DNA of 32,000 nt. Source: Candidatus Saccharimonadota bacterium (GTDB lineage Bacteria > Patescibacteriota > Saccharimonadia > Saccharimonadales > UBA4665). The stretch spans positions 30,001 to 62,000 of the forward strand of contig CP064993.1 in NCBI GenBank assembly GCA_016699955.1, given 5' to 3'. Positions 1 through 7,985 of the stretch are shown piece by piece. Numbering within the stretch: the stretch's first letter is position 1; the number at the start of each line of letters is the position of its first letter. The position numbers and the translations under genes are program-made. The notes beneath the pieces are model-generated. The model saw only the letters and a list, made by a program, of their open reading frames with translations. It had not been told where the DNA came from and did no database searches.

Positions 1-15
1 ACCGGGGCAATCAGT

Positions 16-666
16 TTAAGCAAGCCGTGCAATCACTCGCTTAAGCTCGGCAACAATAGCCGTCTCTGGTTGCATAACATCAGCTTGTAAACTGGCTATC
101 TCTTGTATTTGGTCTTCAATCCAGTGGTAATGCGTACAACCCAGTACTATTACATCGGCGCCCGCCTCAATCACGGGCTCTATTACCTGCCGCAAGGTGG
201 CTTCGTTTATCTCATTGTGCTCAATAAGCCATGACCAATTAGCGCAATCCGGTTCCAAAACTTTAACGTCGGCGGCATACAGTCGCTTCAACTCCGCATA
301 GCGCGAGCTCGCCAAAGTTGTGGGCGTTGCGCACACCGCTATAATCCCTGTTTTTGTCTGCTCGGCAGCAGGTCTAACCATTGGCTCGGCAGCAACCAGC
401 GGTACCGAAAAATACCCCCGCAAGCGGCCAATAAGCGTCGTGCTCACAGTATTACAGGCAATCACGACTACTTGACAGCCCTCATCCACCAGCGACTGAA
501 CAATCGGTATGGCAAAACTGAAAATTTCGTCGGGAGCTTTTGTGGCATAGGGGAAATGCTCGGGCGTGTCATGACGGAATACGACTTCGTGTCCAGGCAG
601 TGCCCGGTCTATGGCTTGTGCCACGCTGAGACCGCCAATACCAGAATCAAATACACCGATCTTCAT
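16..666 (-). CDS. murI: glutamate racemase
   Basis: 216-aa ORF. It has the N-terminal MKIGVFDSGIGGLSV motif and both catalytic-Cys motifs (VIACNTVS, LGCTHY) typical of MurI. Confidence 0.9.
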   Translation of the reverse strand: MKIGVFDSGIGGLSVAQAIDRALPGHEVVFRHDTPEHFPYATKAPDEIFSFAIPIVQSLVDEGCQVVVIACNTVSTTLIGRLRGYFSVPLVAAEPMVRPAAEQTKTGIIAVCATPTTLASSRYAELKRLYAADVKVLEPDCANWSWLIEHNEINEATLRQVIEPVIEAGADVIVLGCTHYHWIEDQIQEIASLQADVMQPETAIVAELKRVIARLA

Positions 667-735
667 ACTACTTCTTCACGCTGAGCTTATCGGTGCTTTG
701 TAACGGCTTAATAAGGTGTGGAAAGGCGTGAGGAT

Positions 736-1569
736 TCATTTGTCATTCTGTGCGGAGGTCAAGGCCCCTCCTTGGTTTTGTGCAGCGCGAATAGTGTTTT
801 CGAATAGTGCAGAAATGGTCAGTGGGCCGACACCGCCTTTGGTAGGCGTAATAGTCAGATCATCACGTTCGTAAACATCGGGGTCGAGATCACCAACGGT
901 TTTGCCCTTTTCACCAGCCACACCAGCATCTACCACCACCGCACCTTGTTTAATCATAGCTGAGGTTATGAGACCAGCTCGACCGGTAGCCGTGATGATG
1001 ACATCTGCCTCGAGAAGTAATTCTTCTGTGTTTGGCGTTTGACTATGTATGAGAACAAAATTGTAGCCACTTTCGGTGAACATTTTAATTAACGGCGCAC
1101 CGACCAGCTTGCCTCGACCGACAAGTGCAATCCGCGATTTCTCAAGGTTTACGTTGTACCCCGCCAGCAGCCACAAGATAGCCATGGGTGTGGCTGGCGT
1201 AAACGGCGCATGTTCACCTAGGCCATCAACGTCTTTTTCGGGAGCGATTGCATTGACTACCTCATCAGTCTGCGTTGCGTCGGCTAGCGGCAGCTGCACA
1301 ATTATGCCATGGACGCTCGCGTCGGCATTTAGCGTTTCTAGCAACTGAGTTACCTTGCCCTGATCAACAAAATGTACATCAACTGCTGCGCCAATATCTT
1401 CGCCGTATCGTTTTTTCATCCCCATGTAGGTTAGGCTTGGGCCATGTTCGAGCGTGTAGACGATGGCCAGCTTTGGCTGCACGCCGTTTGACTGCTTCAA
1501 GCGCCGCACATCTTTTGCCTGCCGCTCTTTGATAAACCCTGCCAGTTCACTACCGTTTAGTACTTTCAT
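736..1569 (-). CDS. folD: bifunctional methylenetetrahydrofolate dehydrogenase/cyclohydrolase
   Basis: FolD-like motifs are present: DVDGL, VGRGKLVGAPL and GGVGPLTISALFEN. I start at ATG 1569 (MKVLNGSELAGFIKERQ) because the 56 extra codons in the ORF track (to 1737) look like non-coding read-through. Confidence 0.9.
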   Translation of the reverse strand: MKVLNGSELAGFIKERQAKDVRRLKQSNGVQPKLAIVYTLEHGPSLTYMGMKKRYGEDIGAAVDVHFVDQGKVTQLLETLNADASVHGIIVQLPLADATQTDEVVNAIAPEKDVDGLGEHAPFTPATPMAILWLLAGYNVNLEKSRIALVGRGKLVGAPLIKMFTESGYNFVLIHSQTPNTEELLLEADVIITATGRAGLITSAMIKQGAVVVDAGVAGEKGKTVGDLDPDVYERDDLTITPTKGGVGPLTISALFENTIRAAQNQGGALTSAQNDK

Positions 1570-1662
1570 CGCACTTATTGTATCAGTGTTTGATAAAAAT
1601 ACTTGTTGTCGAGGATACATCGCGGTATAGTCGAATAGTACCAAGTAAAAACCGGAGGACAA

Positions 1663-2334
1663 ATGGCGAACGAACAAACTACTGTAACAGAGACAGTACC
1701 AGGCACATGGCCGGGAGCATTTGGGCTGTACAAACACAGTAAGCTAGCCATGAAAACAAACATAGGCACTTACCTTTGGCTGATTGTGCTTACTTTGCTC
1801 ATATCAATTGTAATAAATTCATTTACACCAGAGAAAAATGCCGACGGCACAATGTCTATGACAGGATCGTACGTACTACTGCAAGCTCTTTCACTGCTTA
1901 TTGCCGTCGTTATAAGCACCGCTACAACGGTGGTTGAGCTACGCAATGTTGGACGCACAAAAATTTCGCTGAGCGAATCATTTGACATGGCCAGACCCTA
2001 CATTTTCCCCATGTTAGGTCTTACCATTTTGACTGGCCTAATCCTTACAATAAGTTTTCTAGCGCTCATTATACCGTTTTTCTTTGTCCTGCCGCGCATT
2101 TTACTAGCCCCCTACTACCTTATAGATAAACAACTGGGTGTTATTGATTCATTAAAAGCTAGTTGGGCTGATACAGGGGGGAATGTCGGCAAGGTATGGG
2201 GTATTATTGGTGCTGCCTTGCTCATGGCGCTTCTGATGATTACTATCATTGGCATACCGTTTTCGTTGTACTTCCTATTTATGTATTCTGCTAGCGCATC
2301 GATTCTCTACTTCTGGCAGACGCGCCAGCAGTAA
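1663..2334 (+). CDS. hypothetical polytopic membrane protein
   Basis: 223-aa ORF with several long hydrophobic segments. I recognise no family. Confidence 0.6.
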   Translation: MANEQTTVTETVPGTWPGAFGLYKHSKLAMKTNIGTYLWLIVLTLLISIVINSFTPEKNADGTMSMTGSYVLLQALSLLIAVVISTATTVVELRNVGRTKISLSESFDMARPYIFPMLGLTILTGLILTISFLALIIPFFFVLPRILLAPYYLIDKQLGVIDSLKASWADTGGNVGKVWGIIGAALLMALLMITIIGIPFSLYFLFMYSASASILYFWQTRQQ

Positions 2335-2529
2335 CAAGTTTACCTACCGCCATAAGCAAATCCCATAAAATAGTTACATACAAAAGGATATTAATTCACC
2401 TTCGGCAACCATATTAAAAACCTCGTTTTGTAGGAAGACTTTTATATTGAACTGTCTTGTTCTGTCCATCCCATCCGTAGCTGACTTCGTCAGCAATAAC
2501 ATTGCGGTAAATATTTAACCCAAGCACGA

Positions 2530-2603
2530 TGTAAACACCACACTTTGCGCCTTCTGGATCTAGCGAGCAAGAGCGAAGCCCTCAGGAGTGGGGAGCTTTA
2601 AAC
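2530..2603 (+). repeat. dispersed intergenic repeat, copy A
   Basis: TGTAAACACC...GCGCCTT...AGCGAGCAAGAGCGAAGCCCTC-N5-TGGGG...TTTAAAC. It aligns by eye with 6071-6125 (same strand) and 23874-23940 (opposite strand). Confidence 0.4.
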
Positions 2604-2804
2604 AACTGGTTTATTTCAGCTGTTTAAGCGAGTGGGGTGAGCTCGTATCTTTAGAACTCGGCGCTTACAACGAGTTCAAATAATTAAACTTACCTAAGGC
2701 TAGCCTATAGACTACTTCGCTTTGCTCACTGTGGTGGATATTAAGGCATTCGATAATCCTTATGTGAAAATGAGTGTTATTTAGTTTTGCTATTGCAATT
2801 ATAA

Positions 2805-2844
2805 TGTAACAAGTGTTACACTAATTATTGTAACGAGTGTTACA
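2805..2844. promoter_or_regulatory. two tandem 16-bp palindromes, candidate TetR operators
   Basis: TGTAACaagtGTTACA (2805-2820) and TGTAACgagtGTTACA (2829-2844) lie 24 bp apart. They end 6 bp before the TetR start codon at 2851. Confidence 0.55.
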
Positions 2845-2850
2845 ATAATT

Positions 2851-3438
2851 ATGACAGTAAATACTAAACCTACCATTCTAAAAATATCTAAGCGACTTTT
2901 TGCCGTAAATGGCTATGAGGGTTTCTCTGTGCGTACTCTAGCTAAGGAATCTGGATTTGGAATATCTAGTATTTATCACTTTTTTAAAGATAAAGACGAA
3001 ATTTTGAAAGAAATCTTTGACGCTACCAACAAAGATTTAGGAATCGCAAGAACAAAGCTCTCAAAAACGAGTTCAGCTGAGGCAATGCTTCTAGATAGAA
3101 TAAAATTTCAGTTTCAGCATATTGAAGACGTGGTATTTGTACTTAAGTACTACCTGCACTTCAGACCAAGTTTTTTGAAACTCGATAGCGGATACTTACC
3201 TGCCAAGGGCTATTTACATATTGAAGAAGTTTTAGAGGTTGGTGTTAAGAATGGTGAATTTAATATAAGCAGTTCTGAAATAGCCAAAGAAGCTAAGGTT
3301 ATAGCTCACGCTATCAACGGCTACCTAATAGAGTATTATCCAAATCCACCGACAGATGATGAGCTGAAAGATGTTACTAATTCTATTCATAAGTTTTTAA
3401 TACGAAGCTTAGCTAAAAAGGAGGTAAACATGAATTAG
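2851..3438 (+). CDS. TetR/AcrR family transcriptional regulator
   Basis: The N-terminal HTH region (ILKISKRLFAVNGYEGFSVRTLAKESGFGISSIYHFFKDKDEIL) is a classic TetR_N signature. Confidence 0.85.
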   Translation: MTVNTKPTILKISKRLFAVNGYEGFSVRTLAKESGFGISSIYHFFKDKDEILKEIFDATNKDLGIARTKLSKTSSAEAMLLDRIKFQFQHIEDVVFVLKYYLHFRPSFLKLDSGYLPAKGYLHIEEVLEVGVKNGEFNISSSEIAKEAKVIAHAINGYLIEYYPNPPTDDELKDVTNSIHKFLIRSLAKKEVNMN

Positions 3439-3493
3439 GGGGAAAATTTGGAGGGTAATAAGGAGTGATTCGTAAATAACTGAAGGAGTAAAT

Positions 3494-4081
3494 ATGGAAA
3501 ATAATAATAAAACAACAGCATTGATAGCAGGAATAATTGCCGTACTAGTCATAGGTGGTGGAATATTATGGGCAATGAATAATAACAATGACAATAACGA
3601 AAATAAGGAAACGACAAGTAAGGTGGAGCAGCCTAGCCAGGCAGATCAGCAACAGCCAGGAACAATTGTTACTGTAGCGTCAGAAACACCGAGTTTGTCG
3701 ACATTAGTAACTGCAGTAAAGGCAGCAAGCTTAGTTGACACACTACAGGCTGAAGGTCCCTTCACTGTATTTGCGCCAACCAATGCAGCATTTGACGCAT
3801 TACCAGCAGGCACAGTTGATACGCTACTTATGCCTGAGAATGTAGACCAGCTTAAGTCCATCCTTACCTATCACGTAGTGTCAGGTAAAGTTATGGCATC
3901 TGATCTAAAAGATGGACAGGAAATAACCACAGTTCAAGGTGGTAAGCTAACAGTTTCAATATCTGATGGCAAAGCATATGTCATTGATGCTAAAAGCAAC
4001 AAAGTACTGGTCGAGAAAGCCGATGTAAATGCAGGCAATGGTGTTGTGCATGTCATCGGTGGAGTATTACTACCCAGTTAA
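3494..4081 (+). CDS. fasciclin (FAS1) domain protein with N-terminal membrane anchor
   Basis: A TM helix is followed by the FAS1 motifs TVFAPTNAAFDALP, LTYHVV and NGVVHVIGGVLLP. Confidence 0.85.
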   Translation: MENNNKTTALIAGIIAVLVIGGGILWAMNNNNDNNENKETTSKVEQPSQADQQQPGTIVTVASETPSLSTLVTAVKAASLVDTLQAEGPFTVFAPTNAAFDALPAGTVDTLLMPENVDQLKSILTYHVVSGKVMASDLKDGQEITTVQGGKLTVSISDGKAYVIDAKSNKVLVEKADVNAGNGVVHVIGGVLLPS

Positions 4082-4109
4082 AAATAGGTCACAAATTCCA
4101 AAAATTACA

Positions 4110-4142
4110 AATAGCCCGATCTTGCGATACGGGCTATTTTTG
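4110..4142 (+). terminator. intrinsic terminator after the fasciclin gene
   Basis: AATAGCCCG (4110-4118) pairs with CGGGCTATT (4130-4138), followed by a T-run. Confidence 0.7.
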
Positions 4143-4152
4143 TAATTATGTG

Positions 4153-4346
4153 GATGAGGACTGCCTGTAGCAGTTCGGAAACGAATCTTTTCTTACGAAC
4201 TTGTTTGTAATGATTAAATTCGGGGTGACGTCCGCCAGTCGGCAGATCGCAAGGGAGTCAACTCTTACATACTGGTTTGCAAAGACGTTGCGACGGGTTG
4301 CTGAGAGTGACCGCGCAAGCGTGACCAAGTCCCCGCTGGCCATCTA
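4153..4346 (+). repeat. tRNA-Lys-3'-end-like module, copy Y (repeat or ncRNA of unknown function)
   Basis: It starts GATGAGGACTGCCtgtaGCAGTTCGG (a hairpin) and ends GTGACCAAGTCCCCGCTGGCCATCTA. Positions 4326-4341 are identical to the T-loop/acceptor 3' strand of the tRNA-Lys at 7810-7886. Both ends are homologous to 7617-7733. Confidence 0.45.
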
Positions 4347-4393
4347 ATCAAAATAATTTTAGATTAGTGTTTATATTAATGAATAATGTAGAT

Positions 4394-4858
4394 ATGAGAA
4401 GAAACCAAAACGGCTTCGGAGCCATTGAGATTCTAATATTAATTGCTGTGATTACCGTACTCGCGGTAGCAGGATGGTTGATATACACTGCCAAATACCC
4501 AAGCCCAAGTGGAAAAACGCAAATAAGTCGTAACCCAAGCAATACAGCCACTACACAACCTGACAATTCAGCAGCTCGTACGCTTCAGGACAGTAAAGAT
4601 CAAGTGACTATTGACTTCGCAAAATGCACTGCTGACATAAATAGATTCAACGTAGCTTTTGGTTCAACCACTATTGAAATAAAAGGCAAGGACGCTGACG
4701 TCTGCCTTCTTAATTATGGTGGTGAAACAGAAAACCCAAATTGGGACGGCAAGCTTGATACCTCATGCCGCGTACCAGTTTCAGAAGGTAAAAAACAGTT
4801 TTCAAAAAACAATTACGGCGTTAGTCTTGGCTCAATAGATCAATTTTGCTCAAACTAA
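4394..4858 (+). CDS. type IV pilin-like / pseudopilin protein (prepilin-type N-terminal motif)
   Basis: MRRNQNG|FGAIEILILIAVITVLAV has Gly at -1, Glu at +5 and a following hydrophobic helix. Alternative starts are at 4367 (GTG) and 4379 (ATG). Confidence 0.6.
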   Translation: MRRNQNGFGAIEILILIAVITVLAVAGWLIYTAKYPSPSGKTQISRNPSNTATTQPDNSAARTLQDSKDQVTIDFAKCTADINRFNVAFGSTTIEIKGKDADVCLLNYGGETENPNWDGKLDTSCRVPVSEGKKQFSKNNYGVSLGSIDQFCSN

Positions 4859-5046
4859 ACTTAGGGTATGAAGAGGTCTTTTGCGGTAGTGGTGTTTGCT
4901 AGTTGCAGCTGCTTTACAGCACTTGACATCTTTTGTACTGCAGTACAAACATATCGCGAAATGGGTATACCTTTCATTGTCTAGGTAGATATCACAAATA
5001 GAGTGTATAATATATTTATTGAGACAAGCGGTGGTTCGGAGAAACA

Positions 5047-6048
5047 ATGGAGCAAAATGTCAACTTGAGATACTACGTACACCGCTATCTTTTTACAGGC
5101 TTAGTATTGATTGCATCGGTGATACTAATTTCACTGCTGATATCTACTACCGGTGCGCATACAGTCCTCGACAGACGATCCCCTTCGTACGCAGCCGCAA
5201 CGAGCATAAATACGTATGACTCTCCAAACGCAGTAAGCACTGGCGCTTACAATATGGTTTATTACGCAAAGGTTATTACAATTTCGATTGGAAGTGCTAT
5301 GTTTGATATTAGCCAGTCAGTAAATGCCCTAACAGTTCAGACTGGTAAAAATATTGCGCACTTCGGTCTTGTAACTACTCAGAATATATGGAACGGTACG
5401 AGATGGGTGGTAGGTAGGATAGGTAATGGGATCAGCTCAACGTTAAGCATACCGGGCAAATTAATCGGTACTGGTGGCCGCGGAGGTGTGGTAAGTGCCC
5501 TCGTCAAACCGTCTGGGGAGGCACCGGTTTTAGTCATTGATTCCAAAACTTCTGCGGCAGTACTCGACAACCTAAAAGCACAGCAGAGGCAGGAAATTGC
5601 AAAGCTATTGGCGGATCAGCTAGTCGCCAACCGTGGAATTACCGGTGTCGAACTATCTGGCGACCCAAGCCACGGTGGTTATCCATCGAAATGGGAAAAC
5701 GCAGTGCAAGATAGCCTGATAGATAATTGGGGTATGTACAACCGAGAATGCGTCAGCTATGCAGCTTGGAAAGTATTTCAGACATACGGACATATGCCTT
5801 ACTGGGGTGGCGTAGGGAACGCCAACCAATGGTTACGTAATGCCAAAAATGCCGGTATCCCGACCGGTTCGACGCCCAAAGTTGGCTCGGTAGCTATTTC
5901 TATGAGTGGGTATTATGGACACGCCATGTGGGTCGAAGCCGTCAGAGACAATATGATTTACATTAGCCAATACAACTACGACCTCAATGGCCATTACAGT
6001 GAGATGTGGGTCGATGGAAATAAATTTAGCTACATTTACTTTAATTAA
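5047..6048 (+). CDS. membrane-anchored CHAP-domain peptidoglycan hydrolase
   Basis: It has an N-terminal TM segment. The C-terminal part (NRECVSYAAWKV...GYYGHAMWVEAV...ISQYNY) shows the Cys...His pattern of CHAP amidase/peptidases. Confidence 0.85.
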   Translation: MEQNVNLRYYVHRYLFTGLVLIASVILISLLISTTGAHTVLDRRSPSYAAATSINTYDSPNAVSTGAYNMVYYAKVITISIGSAMFDISQSVNALTVQTGKNIAHFGLVTTQNIWNGTRWVVGRIGNGISSTLSIPGKLIGTGGRGGVVSALVKPSGEAPVLVIDSKTSAAVLDNLKAQQRQEIAKLLADQLVANRGITGVELSGDPSHGGYPSKWENAVQDSLIDNWGMYNRECVSYAAWKVFQTYGHMPYWGGVGNANQWLRNAKNAGIPTGSTPKVGSVAISMSGYYGHAMWVEAVRDNMIYISQYNYDLNGHYSEMWVDGNKFSYIYFN

Positions 6049-6070
6049 CGTGGCTCTGTTTAAAACTGTT

Positions 6071-6125
6071 AGCGCTTCCACGTGCTAACAGGCAAAAGCG
6101 AATCCCTCGAAGCTGGGGCTTAAAC
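6071..6125 (+). repeat. dispersed intergenic repeat, copy B
   Basis: AGCGCTTCC...GGCAAAAGCGAATCCCTC-N5-TGGGGCTTAAAC aligns with copy A at 2548-2603. Confidence 0.4.
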
Positions 6126-6172
6126 TCCACGAAAAACCCCGCCATCTTCAGGATCATCCAGATGTAATTCAA

Positions 6173-6232
6173 GGGGGCAGCGGGGGCTTGGTCAGGTGCC
6201 GCGACCCCGCCTCAGCTCTGTGACGTCTTCGT
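6173..6232 (-). repeat. tRNA-Lys-3'-end-like module, degenerate copy Z
   Basis: The minus strand reads GAAGACGTcacagaGCTGAGgcggggtCGCGgcaccTGACCAAGcCCCCGCTGcCC. Copy Y reads AAGACGTtgcgacgggttGCTGAGagtgacCGCGcaagcgTGACCAAGTCCCCGCTGGCC. Confidence 0.35.
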
Positions 6233-6300
6233 TGGTCTTCAAGTCTCCGAATGCCGATAACTATTTTTCATTGACACTATTAAACGGACGTTTACTATTA

Positions 6301-6582
6301 TCACCTTAAGAAACTAATAATTAGGCCGCCCATTACTATTACTCCGAGTAGTCGCCGAAAATAGTTCACTCCATTTGTTATCTCAAGATAGGCCCAGGTG
6401 AATAAGAATGCTGAGCTTAGTTGTTCCATACCGACCCTTAGATGACCTGCTGGCACTAACATGGACAACACTTTAAAAGCTATCCAACCATAGAGTGGTA
6501 TGTTCGGCCATTGCCAGAGTACAATATTACCCTTTATATCCTTAAAAAAACTTTCATCTTGCAAATTATTTTTACTGTTCAT
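6301..6582 (-). CDS. small hypothetical membrane protein
   Basis: 93-aa ORF with 2-3 hydrophobic segments. I recognise no family. Confidence 0.45.
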   Translation of the reverse strand: MNSKNNLQDESFFKDIKGNIVLWQWPNIPLYGWIAFKVLSMLVPAGHLRVGMEQLSSAFLFTWAYLEITNGVNYFRRLLGVIVMGGLIISFLR

Positions 6583-6809
6583 AAGATAATTTTAAAGCAT
6601 ACCTACTCACTAGTCTGTAACCGCTATCACCATGTAGCTTCGTAACAATACTATAAGCGACTCCCAAAATGCATTTTTTATAACCATGAGCAACTCGGAA
6701 AACCAGCGGGAACTTAGTCAATTTCCGCGGCCCCATACTCAGCTCGTTGACGTTCGTCATCCGGACTTCAACTCTCCGAATAACTCAAGCATTGTAGACG
6801 CAGTTGCAG

Positions 6810-7570
6810 CTAAAATAAATCCGAGTGCTGTTCAGTCCACCTTGCCCGTTTTTCGACTTCCTCTAGGTCACCATTTGCCACCCAATCGGCTTGTGGCTGG
6901 ATACCTCGCTTTGCAATAGATGCCTCAAATTTGCCGACTTCTCGTTGCAAGGCTGCCACCTTCGATACAATATCTTTTATGATTGGCGTTCCGTATGCTT
7001 CTAAGAATATCTTGATACGTCGTTTTCTATCAGGAATTGTCTCGAAGTGATGCCACTGGATTGCAGTTTCGTCACCACGGAATGGTGCTGAATACTCAAG
7101 GGCATAAAGTATGTCGTACTCAGGAGTGTTTGGATGAGCCAAGTCCCAATCAACGATACCAACTGGCTTGCCATCTTTCCAAACTATATTCCAAGGACCA
7201 AAGTCGCCGTGGCAGATTATCTGGCCCGGATTTAGTTTTTTTTGACCGTTTGCCCATTCAAGATTTGACGGTGGTTTATAGCCACCAACGGCATCGTGAT
7301 AGGCTCTTAGTAATTTTGCATAGCTACGGAGACCATCATCGTTAGTAATGTTCTTCCAACCTTCCTTCCCTGATTCGCCCTCTATATGACTCAGTACCTC
7401 TCTGCCCTTGTCATCTACGCCAAAGTGCTCAGGAGAGTAAAATTTACGGAATGTAGATAGTCAAGCAGGTCATGCACAGCTGGCTGCCAAAACTCACTCG
7501 GGCGGTGTACTTTGTCGCCGATACGGACGATTGGGTGCGACGCATTGCCTGTTAATTGTTCTTCTTGCAT
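6810..7570 (-). pseudogene. APH/choline-kinase-like phosphotransferase, frameshifted
   Basis: The N-terminal frame from ATG 7570 (MQEEQLTGNASHPIVRIGDKVHRP...DYLHSVNF) stops soon after 7440. A second frame is open from 7460 to 6810 and carries the kinase core (ICHGDFGPWNIVWKDGKPVGIVDWDLAHPNTPEYD). The two frames overlap at an A4T3 tract (7439-7445). Confidence 0.7.
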
Positions 7571-7616
7571 AACTTAACTATATCACTCACATCTCTGTTT
7601 ATAATCGTGAGTGATT

Positions 7617-7733
7617 TGGAGGGCCAGCGGGGACTTGACCTACCTTCGGCAGGCCCGCAACTTCACGGCAGCTAGCACAGCTTGCTCCGGAAGATTGCCT
7701 TGCGGACTGCCACTGGCAGTCCTCACCCGGACA
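7617..7733 (-). repeat. tRNA-Lys-3'-end-like module, copy X
   Basis: The minus strand reads GGGTGTCCGGGTGAGGACTGCCagtGGCAGTCC...GGTCAAGTCCCCGCTGGCCCTCCA. The last 22 nt (7617-7638) are identical to the 3' end of the adjacent tRNA-Lys including CCA. GGGTGTCCGGG copies its variable-loop/T-stem. Confidence 0.5.
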
Positions 7734-7770
7734 CCCTTTTGGAGTGTTCGGTATCAAGTCCACGCGAACC

Positions 7771-7810
7771 ATAGTAAAAGCCCCGTTCTTGCGAACAAGG
7801 CTTTTACTAT
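7771..7810 (-). other. strong hairpin abutting the tRNA-Lys 3' end
   Basis: A 12-bp stem pairs ATAGTAAAAGCC (7771-7782) with GGCTTTTACTAT (7799-7810). An inner GTTC/GAAC stem closes on a GCAA tetraloop on the tRNA strand. Confidence 0.5.
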
Positions 7811-7886
7811 GGAGGGCCAGCGGGGACTTGAACCCCGGACACCCTGCTTAAGAGGCAGGTGCTCTAACCAGCTGAGCTACTGGCCC
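7810..7886 (-). tRNA. tRNA-Lys (anticodon CUU), CCA encoded
   Basis: The reverse complement folds as a cloverleaf: GGGCCAG/CTGGCCC acceptor, GCTC/GAGC D-stem, CCTGC-CTCTTAA-GCAGG anticodon arm, CGGGG-TTCAAGT-CCCCG T-arm. Confidence 0.9.
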
Positions 7887-7985
7887 GATTGCGGTGACGA
7901 GGAGAAGTGTACCAAAACACCCCTGTTTTTTCAATACGTCGGTCTGCTGCTGGTACGAAGATCTCATGAGTGGTACACTAGATAC

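Noticed and set aside
4146-4343. 65-aa minus-strand ORF (MASGDLVTLARS...)
   Set aside because: It coincides exactly with repeat module Y and starts inside the tRNA-Lys-like core. It has no SD and no recognisable protein features, so it is more likely a non-coding repeat.
4153-4346. tmRNA (ssrA) hypothesis for modules Y and X, prompted by the tRNA-like 3' end
   Set aside because: There is no 5' acceptor strand complementary to CTGGCC(C/A), the T-stem 5' strand does not pair, I saw no convincing tag reading frame, and the lengths (about 120-195 nt) are too short.
6188-6215. SRP-RNA-like string GGTCAGGT...
   Set aside because: Only 8 nt match the conserved helix-8 5' strand. The following sequence cannot form the GNRA-capped helix with the AGCA/GGAA loops.
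7611-7985. N-terminal 125 codons of ORF-track entry 7611-8747
   Set aside because: This stretch is the antisense of tRNA-Lys and of the tRNA-like module X. The homology-supported heliorhodopsin starts at ATG 7986.
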